A stretch of 24,000 bases of DNA, taken from assembly GCF_018336915.1 (NCBI RefSeq), contig NZ_CP064923.1, positions 5,434,228 through 5,458,227 of the forward strand, given 5' to 3'. The position numbers and the translations under genes were made by a program. This document shows, piece after piece, positions 1 to 7,461 of this stretch. This DNA comes from Acaryochloris marina S15 (GTDB lineage Bacteria; Cyanobacteriota; Cyanobacteriia; Thermosynechococcales; Thermosynechococcaceae). Under the pieces are notes generated by a model. It was not told the DNA's origin. It saw only the letters and a program-made list of their open reading frames with translations, and did not search any database. Each line of letters starts with the position of its first letter. The stretch's first letter is position 1.

Positions 1-2
1 TC

Positions 3-386
3 AAAAAAGTATATGTACCTCAAAGTGATACGGTCAGCGATACCAAACGTGATACGGTATCGTTTCCCTTAATTTTTTCGAATAGTTTGCTCCATCATTT
101 GGCCGATCCGATGGCTCTTTGGACAGAGGTAAAACAGCAATCGGGGGCAGGGACGGCGGTCTTTATTATGGATTTGATGCGACCCACAAAGCGAGAGACA
201 GCAAGGAATTTCGTCGATCTCTATGTGCAAGATGAACCAGAAGTCCTACGGAAAGATTTCTTTAATTCGTTGTTGGCAGCTTATCGAGTGGATGAGGTGA
301 AAGCTCAATTAGTACAAGCTGGGTTAGGTGGTTTGCAGGTGCGTGCGGTTAGCGATCGCCATCTCATTATCTGGGGCCAACTTTAG
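3..386 (+). CDS. Class I SAM-dependent methyltransferase, C-terminal part (5' end lies outside the window)
   Basis: Frame 3 is open from base 3 to the TAG at 384-386, so the track's TTG start at 87 is probably internal. The translation KKVYVPQSDTVSDTKRDTVSFPLIFSNSLLHHLADP... resembles the D-x-V...L-H-H-L-x-D-P segment of class I methyltransferases. The call rests on motif resemblance only. Confidence 0.55.
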   Translation, partial: KKVYVPQSDTVSDTKRDTVSFPLIFSNSLLHHLADPMALWTEVKQQSGAGTAVFIMDLMRPTKRETARNFVDLYVQDEPEVLRKDFFNSLLAAYRVDEVKAQLVQAGLGGLQVRAVSDRHLIIWGQL

Positions 387-528
387 TATCGCGACCTGAA
401 GTTTAAATTCACATATTCATTGTTTCCAAACCAAAAACTACTGATTTCTCATTAAGGCGTGGAAAACTGATAGAGATTTTTGCACCTTCAACTTGGGTAT
501 GGGTTCTTCTCCCAAGTCCATTACCCAG

Positions 529-756
529 TTACCTGACAAAGACCAGGGCATAAAGCGAGAAGATAGCCGAACCACCATAAAACGCCATTGCAATCCAGTA
601 ACAGATCGGCTCTTGGCTACGGTGTTTTTTATGGGCCCACTTACCAAACTCTAACGTGCGTCGCCCCCCTCGCACCCAAACCGAGCCAGAGGTCAATCCA
701 TCCCACAGCAGATAGCCAGTCGAGAGCAACAAAACGGCAAATAGAATTTTCTCCAC
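529..756 (-). CDS. Hypothetical small membrane protein (75 aa, two hydrophobic segments)
   Basis: GTG start at 756 with GAGG about 5 nt upstream on the minus strand. Hydrophobic stretches ILFAVLLLSTGYLLW and WIAMAFYGGSAIFSLYALVF. The overlapping ORFs 588-932(+) and 438-647(-) look like noise. I recognise no family. Confidence 0.35.
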   Translation of the reverse strand: MEKILFAVLLLSTGYLLWDGLTSGSVWVRGGRRTLEFGKWAHKKHRSQEPICYWIAMAFYGGSAIFSLYALVFVR

Positions 757-773
757 AGTTACCTCATGCCTCT

Positions 774-811
774 AAACAACAAAGAATGCCGTTATCAAAC
801 GAAACGGCATT
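774..811 (-). terminator. Rho-independent terminator downstream of hupE
   Basis: Perfect 9-bp inverted repeat AATGCCGTT (785-793) / AACGGCATT (803-811) with a 9-nt loop. On the minus strand it is followed by CTTTGTTGTTT (784-774). It lies 72 nt after the hupE stop. Confidence 0.5.
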
Positions 812-882
812 CATATATTGCCCAATCAACCCTAAAAACAGGTGGGGCACTTATTCAGTTGTCAGGTATCAAACACCCGCTG

Positions 883-1521
883 TTAAGCAACGCAAAGATA
901 GACACCCAAGCTGGTCACAAAGCCACCCATAAAGAGTTGAGCTAGGCGAGCATGGCGTTGAAACAACTGCTGGCAAAATAATCCAAGCCCAACACCACTC
1001 AAATGCAGCAACGCTGTAGCCACTACAAAGCCCAATCCATAGGATAGGCCAGAAGCCGAGGCTGGCATTTCTGCACCATGAGCAAAACCATGAAGCAGGG
1101 CAAATGAAGCAACAATCGCAGCACTCTGACCCATGGGAAGACGGATGGCAGCTGTAATCAAGACCCCTAACATCAGCACAGAAGAAGCAATGCCTTGCTC
1201 AACAAACGGAACGGCTATCCCCGTCGTGCCAATAAAGCCACCTAAGATCATGACCGACACGAAGGTTAACGGTACGGCCCATAATGCCCGACGTTCCATC
1301 TGAGTTGCCCAAAGGCCTACCGCTACCATTGCAGCGAGGTGATCTAATCCACCTATTGGATGGGTAAATCCATGCATAAAACCGATGCCATGGCTGCCAT
1401 CGAAATGGGCTTGGGCACTCACAGGCATCAGCACAATGGCTAGCAATAGTGCTGGTAGTAGAAGTTGCGATAATCGAATGCTTGTACTCGTCCATCGCAG
1501 CGAACGAATCATCTTATTCAC
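883..1521 (-). CDS. hupE: HupE/UreJ family metal (Ni/Co) transporter
   Basis: Signal-like N-terminus ending ...PVSAQA, then HFDGSHGIGFMHGFTHPIGGLDHLAAMVAVGLWA, which carries the HupE/UreJ signature HPxxGxDH. The rest is polytopic and hydrophobic. GTG at 1521 has GAGG 8 nt upstream; ATG at 1512 is an alternative start. Confidence 0.85.
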   Translation of the reverse strand: MNKMIRSLRWTSTSIRLSQLLLPALLLAIVLMPVSAQAHFDGSHGIGFMHGFTHPIGGLDHLAAMVAVGLWATQMERRALWAVPLTFVSVMILGGFIGTTGIAVPFVEQGIASSVLMLGVLITAAIRLPMGQSAAIVASFALLHGFAHGAEMPASASGLSYGLGFVVATALLHLSGVGLGLFCQQLFQRHARLAQLFMGGFVTSLGVYLCVA

Positions 1522-1560
1522 AATCTGTACCTCGCAGATATGTATGTTGTAGAGAAGAAT

Positions 1561-1756
1561 GCAATCAAGGGTATTCTGGCTTGTTGTTTAGCAGTATTCT
1601 TGCGTAGGACCGCTTGCCAATTCAGATAGGCAAACACCGTATTGCATCGATACATGAACAACTTACAGTTGCGGGACAGCGACGGGCTTACACCGAACTT
1701 TCCCCAGTTGTTTGACAGGTTTATTACAGCCCTGCCAACAACCTGATTGGCCGCAA
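1561..1756 (-). promoter_or_regulatory. Cobalamin (B12) riboswitch in the hupE 5' leader
   Basis: The minus-strand RNA reads ...AACUGGGGAAAGUUCGGUGUAAGCCCGUCGCUGUCCCGCAACUGUAAGU... This matches the conserved core GGGAA..GGUGnAAnnCC..GCUGnCCCGCAACUGUAA. A B12-box-like AAGCCAGAAUACCCUUGAUUG sits at 1582-1562. The 5' CCAAUCAGG (1750-1742) can pair with the 3' CCUUGAUUG (1570-1562) as a closing helix. A -10-like TATACT lies at 1792-1787. Confidence 0.75.
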
Positions 1757-1879
1757 ACAGCCCTCCAAATCATTGATTGTGAGGTGAGTATATCACTATT
1801 ACAAAACCCTGTAGCTAAGGATTCATAAAGAATATGTGCGATAGATTTGGAACGTATTCGAAGCTGTAAAGAAACTGCC

Positions 1880-3607
1880 ATGTTAGAGCATGATGTTGTA
1901 ATCGTTGGGGGTGGTTTGGCAGGGTGCCGTGCTGCCCTAGAAATTGCTCGAAAGGCACCCGACCTTAATCTGGCAATGATTGCCAAGACCCATCCCATTC
2001 GGTCCCATTCTGTTGCTGCCCAGGGAGGCATTGCCGCCACCCTCAAGAATGTAGATGACCAAGACAGTTGGGAAGCCCATGCCTTCGATACCGTCAAAGG
2101 CTCCGATTATCTAGCCGATCAGGACGCCGTCGCCCTCCTTACCCAAGAAGCCCCAGACGTCGTGATTGACCTAGAACATCTAGGGGTGTTGTTTTCTCGT
2201 CTGGAAGATGGTCGAATCGCCCAGCGGGCTTTTGGCGGCCATACCCACAACCGCACCTGCTACGCCGCTGACAAAACCGGCCATGCCATTCTCCACGAGC
2301 TGTACAACAATATTCGCCGCTACGGCATCACCATCTACGACGAATGGTACGTGATGAAGCTGATCCTAGAAGACAACCGGGCCAAGGGTGTGGTTATGTA
2401 TCACCTTTTGGATGGTGAGTTACAGGTTCTACGGGCCAAGGCCGTGATGTTTGCCACGGGTGGCTATGGTCGAGTCTTCAACACCACCTCGAATGACTTT
2501 GCCTCTACAGGGGATGGTCTATCCATGACAGCACTAGCTGGCTTGCCCTTAGAAGATATGGAATTTGTCCAGTTCCATCCCACCGGCTTATATCCTGCTG
2601 GCGTTTTGATTTCAGAAGCCGTCCGGGGAGAAGGGGCTTATCTCATTAATAGTGAAGGGGATCGGTTTATGGCCACCTATGCCCCCAACAAAATGGAGCT
2701 AGCCCCTCGCGATATTACGTCTAGAGCCATCACCACAGAAATTCGCCAAGGCCGTGGTCTACATCTCGATGGTAGTGCAGGGGGACCATTTGTTTACTTG
2801 GATTTGCGTCATATGGGGCGGGAAAAAATCATGAGCCGTGTCCCCTTTTGCTGGGAAGAATCCCACCGCCTAGCAGGGGTCGATGCAGTCACCGAGCCAA
2901 TCCCAGTGCGACCCACCGCCCACTATTCCATGGGGGGTATTCCGGTCAATACCGATGGACGGGTGCGCAATAGTGCCGATGGCTTGGTGGATAATTTCTT
3001 TGCTGCTGGGGAATGTGCCTGTGTCTCGGTCCATGGCGCTAATCGTTTAGGCAGTAATTCTTTACTGGAATGTGTGGTGTATGGTCGGCGAACTGGCAGT
3101 GCGATCGCAACCTACATTCAAGATCAATCCCTCCCTCATATAGATGAACAACAATATCTCCAAGAAGCCCAACAGCAGATCAAAGCATTGCTCGCTCAAT
3201 CCGGTGACATCCGCATTAACGATATTCGCCAACAAGTCCAAGATTGCTTGAGTCAACATTGCGGTGTATTTCGCACCGCCGACATTATCCAAGAAGGCTT
3301 AGAACAACTCCAAACCTATAAACAGCAGTATCCAAACATTCGCCTCGATGATAAAGACAATCTTTGGAATACCGAAATTATCGAAGCCCTGGAGTTACGT
3401 AACTTAATGGTCGTAGGTGAAGTGATCATGACCGGTGCCCTGCAACGCCAAGAAAGCCGTGGTGCTCATTCTCGTGAAGATTTTCCCACTCGCAATGACG
3501 ATCAATTTCTGCAACATACCTTAGCCTATTTTTCCACAGCCGGAATCGAGCTGAAATATATGCCCGTCAATTTAAACCAATTTGAGCCTCAAGAGAGAAA
3601 ATACTGA
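1880..3607 (+). CDS. sdhA: Succinate dehydrogenase / fumarate reductase flavoprotein subunit
   Basis: FAD-binding DVVIVGGGLAGCRAA at the N-terminus. Also RSHSVAAQGGI (covalent-FAD His region), HPTG, RGEGA, HYSMGGI, GANRLGSNSL and RGAHSREDFP. I moved the start to ATG 1880 (MLEHDVV...), because the track's upstream extension from 1847 overlaps the promoter region. Confidence 0.9.
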   Translation: MLEHDVVIVGGGLAGCRAALEIARKAPDLNLAMIAKTHPIRSHSVAAQGGIAATLKNVDDQDSWEAHAFDTVKGSDYLADQDAVALLTQEAPDVVIDLEHLGVLFSRLEDGRIAQRAFGGHTHNRTCYAADKTGHAILHELYNNIRRYGITIYDEWYVMKLILEDNRAKGVVMYHLLDGELQVLRAKAVMFATGGYGRVFNTTSNDFASTGDGLSMTALAGLPLEDMEFVQFHPTGLYPAGVLISEAVRGEGAYLINSEGDRFMATYAPNKMELAPRDITSRAITTEIRQGRGLHLDGSAGGPFVYLDLRHMGREKIMSRVPFCWEESHRLAGVDAVTEPIPVRPTAHYSMGGIPVNTDGRVRNSADGLVDNFFAAGECACVSVHGANRLGSNSLLECVVYGRRTGSAIATYIQDQSLPHIDEQQYLQEAQQQIKALLAQSGDIRINDIRQQVQDCLSQHCGVFRTADIIQEGLEQLQTYKQQYPNIRLDDKDNLWNTEIIEALELRNLMVVGEVIMTGALQRQESRGAHSREDFPTRNDDQFLQHTLAYFSTAGIELKYMPVNLNQFEPQERKY

Positions 3608-4089
3608 TTTCTATCGACAAAAGTTTCTTTTTATAAGCTTTATTGTCATCAATAATCATTTTTACTTGCAAATACTTCTTTTTAAGATACTGACCTTTCA
3701 CCTCATCTCTCTAGTTGTTGGCAGCAAAAAAATGGGTCACAAATTGTTGTGCTTTTGTCCGTGAATATACGGACAGTTCACCCCAATCTCAATGTTAGGT
3801 TGACCATAGCAACACTATTTTTAGAGGGTTTGAAGCTTGCGTTATCTCTTTGCTCGTCACCCAACGTAGTTAAATCGTTTTCCAGATTGTTAACAACTAA
3901 CATTGAATTCATGTTGTTACCGATAGCTGTTAGCAACTGTTTTTTATCCCCATGAAGTTTGTTGTTTGCAAACTATATGGGGCTTAGTTTTTTGGCAACT
4001 TATTCTTTACTCAAAGCTTTGCTCTACCCATTTCTTGGACTATATTGCCCAGCATTGAGTTGCTTCTGATCATCACTTCTACAAGCACC

Positions 4090-4557
4090 ATGTTTTCGTT
4101 CATCCCTAGCTATAACAGCCTCCGGCAATATCCCGAACAAGGTGTGACCCTTTTAGAGCTATTAGTCAGTGTCGTTATTGTGGGTATTCTGTCTGCTGTG
4201 GCCGTGCCATCCATGTTGCAGCAATCTTTGAAAGCTCAACAAGCTGTCGCTCAAAGCTATATTGGCTCCGTTAATCGCGCTCAGCAAACCTACCGACTAG
4301 AATTTCCAGTATTTTCCAATACCATGGCCAATCTCGAAATTGATTTGCCACTTGTATCAGATCAATATACCTTCCAATTTGGAATCACGAACTCTACTCT
4401 GGGAGAATTCCAAGCAATACCGAACAACAATGATTTAGATGCCATCACCGGCTGTGTCTTTGCCACAATAGTGGCAGGATCCTCTGCAACCACCACTAGC
4501 ACGATGTTGGAACAATCTGGGACAGGGGTAGCACCTGCAGTTCCGCCGTCCTGTTAA
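4090..4557 (+). CDS. Type IV pilin-like protein (prepilin N-terminal cleavage/methylation domain)
   Basis: MFSFIPSYNSLRQYPEQG|VTLLELLVSVVIVGILSAVAVPSM is a class III signal peptide with Gly(-1) and Glu(+5), followed by the hydrophobic alpha1-N helix. SYIGSVNRAQQTYRLE is typical of cyanobacterial PilA-like proteins. Two Cys near the C-terminus could form a D-region disulfide. Start moved to ATG 4090. Confidence 0.75.
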   Translation: MFSFIPSYNSLRQYPEQGVTLLELLVSVVIVGILSAVAVPSMLQQSLKAQQAVAQSYIGSVNRAQQTYRLEFPVFSNTMANLEIDLPLVSDQYTFQFGITNSTLGEFQAIPNNNDLDAITGCVFATIVAGSSATTTSTMLEQSGTGVAPAVPPSC

Positions 4558-5569
4558 TATCTAGCGGTTGAATATTGTAGTGTTCCTGAATAGCTGTAAT
4601 AGGCTGCTCCAACAATTCTGAGAAAGACCAGTAGGGGCTGAACAAGTCTTGACGAACGGCAGTCCCTTGCACAAAGGCCTGGATCACCAAACTCGGGACA
4701 AAATTATTTTGACTCGGCTCCAAAACACCCAAGGTGGTGAATTCTAAGCCCAGGTGAAAATCCAACACCACCTCTAGCAACAACTCAAACCCAAATTGAC
4801 TGCCACTCATGCCCGCTTCAAAACCCGCCACCACAATTTCGCCGACGGGGCTGGTATCAATACCCGATAACAAATGAATCAGATCATGAGGCACCAGGAT
4901 ATCGCTAAAGCTTTTCTGCTCGCCGGGTAAGGGAAAGTTGCGATCGCGATAGTACTGATACAGCTCTTTCCCCAAGGTGCCATCGGGTAAATCTTCTAAA
5001 ACTTGATACTGACAGGCCGTTTCAGGATCACCGATATATTGGTGCATGGCGCTAACAATACACTTCAGTTTCTGCCACCATCCGCCTGGCAAGAGTTTGA
5101 CTAGGGATCGCACCGAGTAATCCCAAAATAACCCTCGCAATTGTCCAGCATGCACCCGCTGTAAGCTCTTCAAGGTATGGGGTTGATGTGGGCAACCTTG
5201 GGCAAACTGCTGCACTAAGTCCACTTCAGCTTGCTCAACCTCCATCGATAGGTAAGGCATCAGGATCAAAAATTGCAGGGCCAGCTCTTGATACCTACCT
5301 ATTAATTCACGCCCCAATATTTCTGGACTAATTATAGGTAGGTCCTCAATCGACCCTTGCCATTGGAGCAGATGGTCTTGAATCGACTGCATCATGTCTC
5401 TGGCTAAGGGATGCATGGGTTGTTGTCCCTGAAGGGTGGCAACCGTTTTCAGACTAGATAGTAGTGTGACTGACTGATGCTCATTCCAAACCATACCTTG
5501 AAAGTAAGGTGGACTGGGGACTTGAGTGGAAGAAGAAGTAGGGTTGACGGGCGTAGCGATAGTCGACAT
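4496..5569 (-). CDS. Coq4-family-like protein (HDxxH-x11-E metal-binding motif), 358 aa
   Basis: HDLIHLLSGIDTSPVGEIVVAGFEAG (4888-4838, minus strand) fits the Coq4 signature HDxxH-(x)11-E and closely resembles the eukaryotic COQ4 segment HD..H.L.G..T...GEIVVKWFEA as I remember it. Start moved to ATG 5569 (MSTIATP...), because the track's longer ORF (to 5905) would run antisense through the TetR gene. Confidence 0.6.
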   Translation of the reverse strand: MSTIATPVNPTSSSTQVPSPPYFQGMVWNEHQSVTLLSSLKTVATLQGQQPMHPLARDMMQSIQDHLLQWQGSIEDLPIISPEILGRELIGRYQELALQFLILMPYLSMEVEQAEVDLVQQFAQGCPHQPHTLKSLQRVHAGQLRGLFWDYSVRSLVKLLPGGWWQKLKCIVSAMHQYIGDPETACQYQVLEDLPDGTLGKELYQYYRDRNFPLPGEQKSFSDILVPHDLIHLLSGIDTSPVGEIVVAGFEAGMSGSQFGFELLLEVVLDFHLGLEFTTLGVLEPSQNNFVPSLVIQAFVQGTAVRQDLFSPYWSFSELLEQPITAIQEHYNIQPLDINRTAELQVLPLSQIVPTSC

Positions 5570-5599
5570 AGTTGCTCCCCTAATAGCGATATCTTTATA

Positions 5600-5619
5600 T
5601 TGACCGACCAGTCGGTCAA
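5600..5619. promoter_or_regulatory. Perfect palindromic operator candidate in the TetR / Coq4-like divergent promoter region
   Basis: TTGACCGAC-CA-GTCGGTCAA has 9-bp perfect inverted arms and a 2-bp spacer. It lies 31 bp from the Coq4-like start (5569) and 62 bp from the TetR start (5681). This geometry is classic for TetR-family operators. Confidence 0.55.
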
Positions 5620-5680
5620 ATGTCAAGTGAGAGTATGAAATGCCTACAGCAAAAGACACAGGAACAGCTATGATGACGCC

Positions 5681-6289
5681 ATGAGTCCCAAAATTGTTGA
5701 CCGAGAAGCCAAACGACAGGCAATTCTGGCCGCTGCGATCGCAGTCTTCGCAGAGAAAGGGTATCACTCCACTAAGATGGCCGATATTGCCCGTAAAGCT
5801 GAGATGGGCAAAGGCACACTCTACGAGTATTTCCGCACCAAGGAAGAACTCCCCAAAAGCATTTTTAGCCTGATGGTACAGGAGTTCGATCAACAAATTT
5901 CGCAACTAGAGGAAGCTCATTCCGATCCAGTTGAGGCCATCATGGCAGGAATTCAGCTCTGTTTTCAGGATCTTGATGAGTTCGCCTATATCACCCCCTT
6001 AGTCTTCGAGATTCTGGGTAACAAGGAGCTGGATCGATCAATTGGGTTAAGTGAAGACTTTGAACAGTGGATGGAGTGCTTAAATCAGTTCTTTATTACT
6101 CACATTCAAGCCGGTCAAGCCCAAGGGCAAATCTCATCTACTCTCTCGGCTCCCATTTTTGCTCGCATGCTGGTGAGTACCTTAGATGGGATGGCCACCC
6201 ACTACTGTATGTTCCACCTTCAACCGAAGTTTTTTACAGCTCAAGTCAAAGTACTAGAGGATATGGTCCGCTCTTATATCAAAACTTAA
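5681..6289 (+). CDS. TetR/AcrR family transcriptional regulator
   Basis: N-terminal HTH region AKRQAILAAAIAVFAEKGYHSTKMADIARKAEMGKGTLYEYFRTKEEL is the TetR_N signature. The C-terminal part is helical and would be the ligand-binding domain. Confidence 0.9.
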   Translation: MSPKIVDREAKRQAILAAAIAVFAEKGYHSTKMADIARKAEMGKGTLYEYFRTKEELPKSIFSLMVQEFDQQISQLEEAHSDPVEAIMAGIQLCFQDLDEFAYITPLVFEILGNKELDRSIGLSEDFEQWMECLNQFFITHIQAGQAQGQISSTLSAPIFARMLVSTLDGMATHYCMFHLQPKFFTAQVKVLEDMVRSYIKT

Positions 6290-6527
6290 GCAGTGGTTTC
6301 AACACTGACACAATGGTGCCCACCTAAATTTTTAACGAACTCTAACTTATTTATCCCGTTCAGTATTCGCTATAGTCTCCAAGCAATTTTCCCAAACTTG
6401 CTCACTCTCAATTTTGGCTAAGAATCCTACTGAAAAACAGGATGATTTTTTCATTGCTAGCTTGTCACGTTTTCACTCTCTCAACAAACGTTTGGTCATT
6501 TCTATAATCAAGCAAAAAGCAGGTTAA

Positions 6528-6544
6528 CTTATCAATATGATAAG
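6528..6544. promoter_or_regulatory. Inverted repeat upstream of higB, candidate HigA operator
   Basis: CTTATCA-ATA-TGATAAG has 7-bp perfect arms and sits about 60 bp upstream of the higB ATG (6603). Toxin-antitoxin operons are usually autoregulated at such palindromes. Confidence 0.35.
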
Positions 6545-6602
6545 ATTGTCAGTGACTGCAACTAGAGCCGAACAATGAAATATATTTTTCGACAAAATCG
6601 AC

Positions 6603-6905
6603 ATGCGAATTATTTCAGACTCTCGCCTACGAGCAGCTTCCGCAAAATCCCCTAATTCTCAGTCCAGTGTCAGAGCGTGGATCAAGATTACAAAATTCGC
6701 CAATTGGCAAACCCTTGAAGATACACGTCAGACTTTTCCAAACGCTGATCTAGTAGGTAAGTTGACCGTCTTTAACATCGCCGGAAATAACTATCGACTG
6801 ATCACTCTCATTGACTATCAGCAAAGCAAAGTATTTATCCGTCATTTTTTAACCCATGCCGAATACGACAAAGGCAAGTGGAAATATGATTCTTGGAACA
6901 AATGA
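6603..6905 (+). CDS. higB: Type II toxin-antitoxin system toxin, HigB family (RelE-like mRNA interferase)
   Basis: 100 aa. The pattern MRIIS...L......P......V..W.......W......Q.FP.AD.VG...VFNI.GN.YRLI..I.Y....VFI..FLTHAEYDKGKWK matches HigB toxin family proteins. The toxin-first gene order is characteristic of HigBA. Confidence 0.8.
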   Translation: MRIISDSRLRAASAKSPNSQSSVRAWIKITKFANWQTLEDTRQTFPNADLVGKLTVFNIAGNNYRLITLIDYQQSKVFIRHFLTHAEYDKGKWKYDSWNK

Positions 6906-7302
6906 TGCATCTACCTACGAAAGCTTGGTACAAGAATTTATACCCCGACCAATTCACACCGATCAGCAGCTACAAGCTGTCCAAACTAGAATTGATACCC
7001 TGATAGATTTAGAGCGTGAACTCACACCTGATGAAACGGACTATCTGGATCTTTTAGGCACTCTCGTCTGGGAATATGAGCAAACTTTAGAAGCTATTCC
7101 CGATATCTATGGGGTGGACTTACTGAAAGTTTTAGTTGAGGACAGAGGGCTAAGACAAAAAGATCTAGTACCTATTTTTAAAGCTGAATCGATCATCTCA
7201 GATATTTTTAAGGGACGGAGACAACTCACAACTAGACATATCCAGGAATTAGCGGAGTATTTTGCTGTGTCTCCTGCAGCTTTTTTCCCTCTCAACAGTT
7301 AA
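6886..7302 (+). CDS. higA: HigA-type antitoxin with C-terminal XRE-family helix-turn-helix
   Basis: C-terminal LRQKDLVPIFKAESIISDIFKGRRQLTTRHIQELAEYFAVSPAAFF is an XRE-type HTH. The gene overlaps the higB 3' end. The start is ambiguous between ATG 6856 and ATG 6886, which are in the same frame. Confidence 0.75.
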   Translation: MILGTNDASTYESLVQEFIPRPIHTDQQLQAVQTRIDTLIDLERELTPDETDYLDLLGTLVWEYEQTLEAIPDIYGVDLLKVLVEDRGLRQKDLVPIFKAESIISDIFKGRRQLTTRHIQELAEYFAVSPAAFFPLNS

Positions 7303-7461
7303 CGCTTATTGCTATCGTAAAAAGCCTAAATCCCATGGGACAAGGGATACCCCTAAGAGAATCTAGACTTTGGGTTGATGATTTCTATAAACGAAAACCT
7401 CACTGGCCAAAGAACGGCTTATTATGAAGGAACATTAAGATAGTATTCTTCATTATTTGCC

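Noticed and set aside
24-58. 10-bp direct repeat GTGATACGGT (24-33 and 49-58)
   Set aside because: It lies inside the methyltransferase coding frame and just encodes a repeated SDTV/RDTV peptide. It is too short and isolated to suggest a mobile-element end or a regulatory site.
438-932. ORFs 438-647(-) and 588-932(+)
   Set aside because: They overlap each other, the more plausible 529-756(-) membrane ORF and the hupE 3' end and terminator. The translations look random (rich in P/S/R/Q, with no hydrophobic core or motif).
1663-2097. 144-aa minus-strand ORF
   Set aside because: It overlaps the cobalamin riboswitch and runs antisense to the well-supported sdhA N-terminus. The translation is low-complexity (W/A/R-rich) with no motif.
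3582-3955. Two short ORFs (60 and 68 aa) in the AT-rich sdhA-pilin intergenic region
   Set aside because: Their composition (F/L/I/K-rich) is what AT-rich non-coding DNA gives when translated. They have no ribosome-binding site and no motif. A 7-bp hairpin TGTCCGT-N6-ACGGACA at about 3757-3776 lacks a U-tract, so I did not call it a terminator.
5570-5905. The N-terminal 112 codons of the track's 469-aa ORF (4496-5905, minus strand)
   Set aside because: This extension runs through the operator and promoter region and antisense to the first 75 codons of the TetR gene. The internal ATG at 5569 gives a sensible divergent gene pair.
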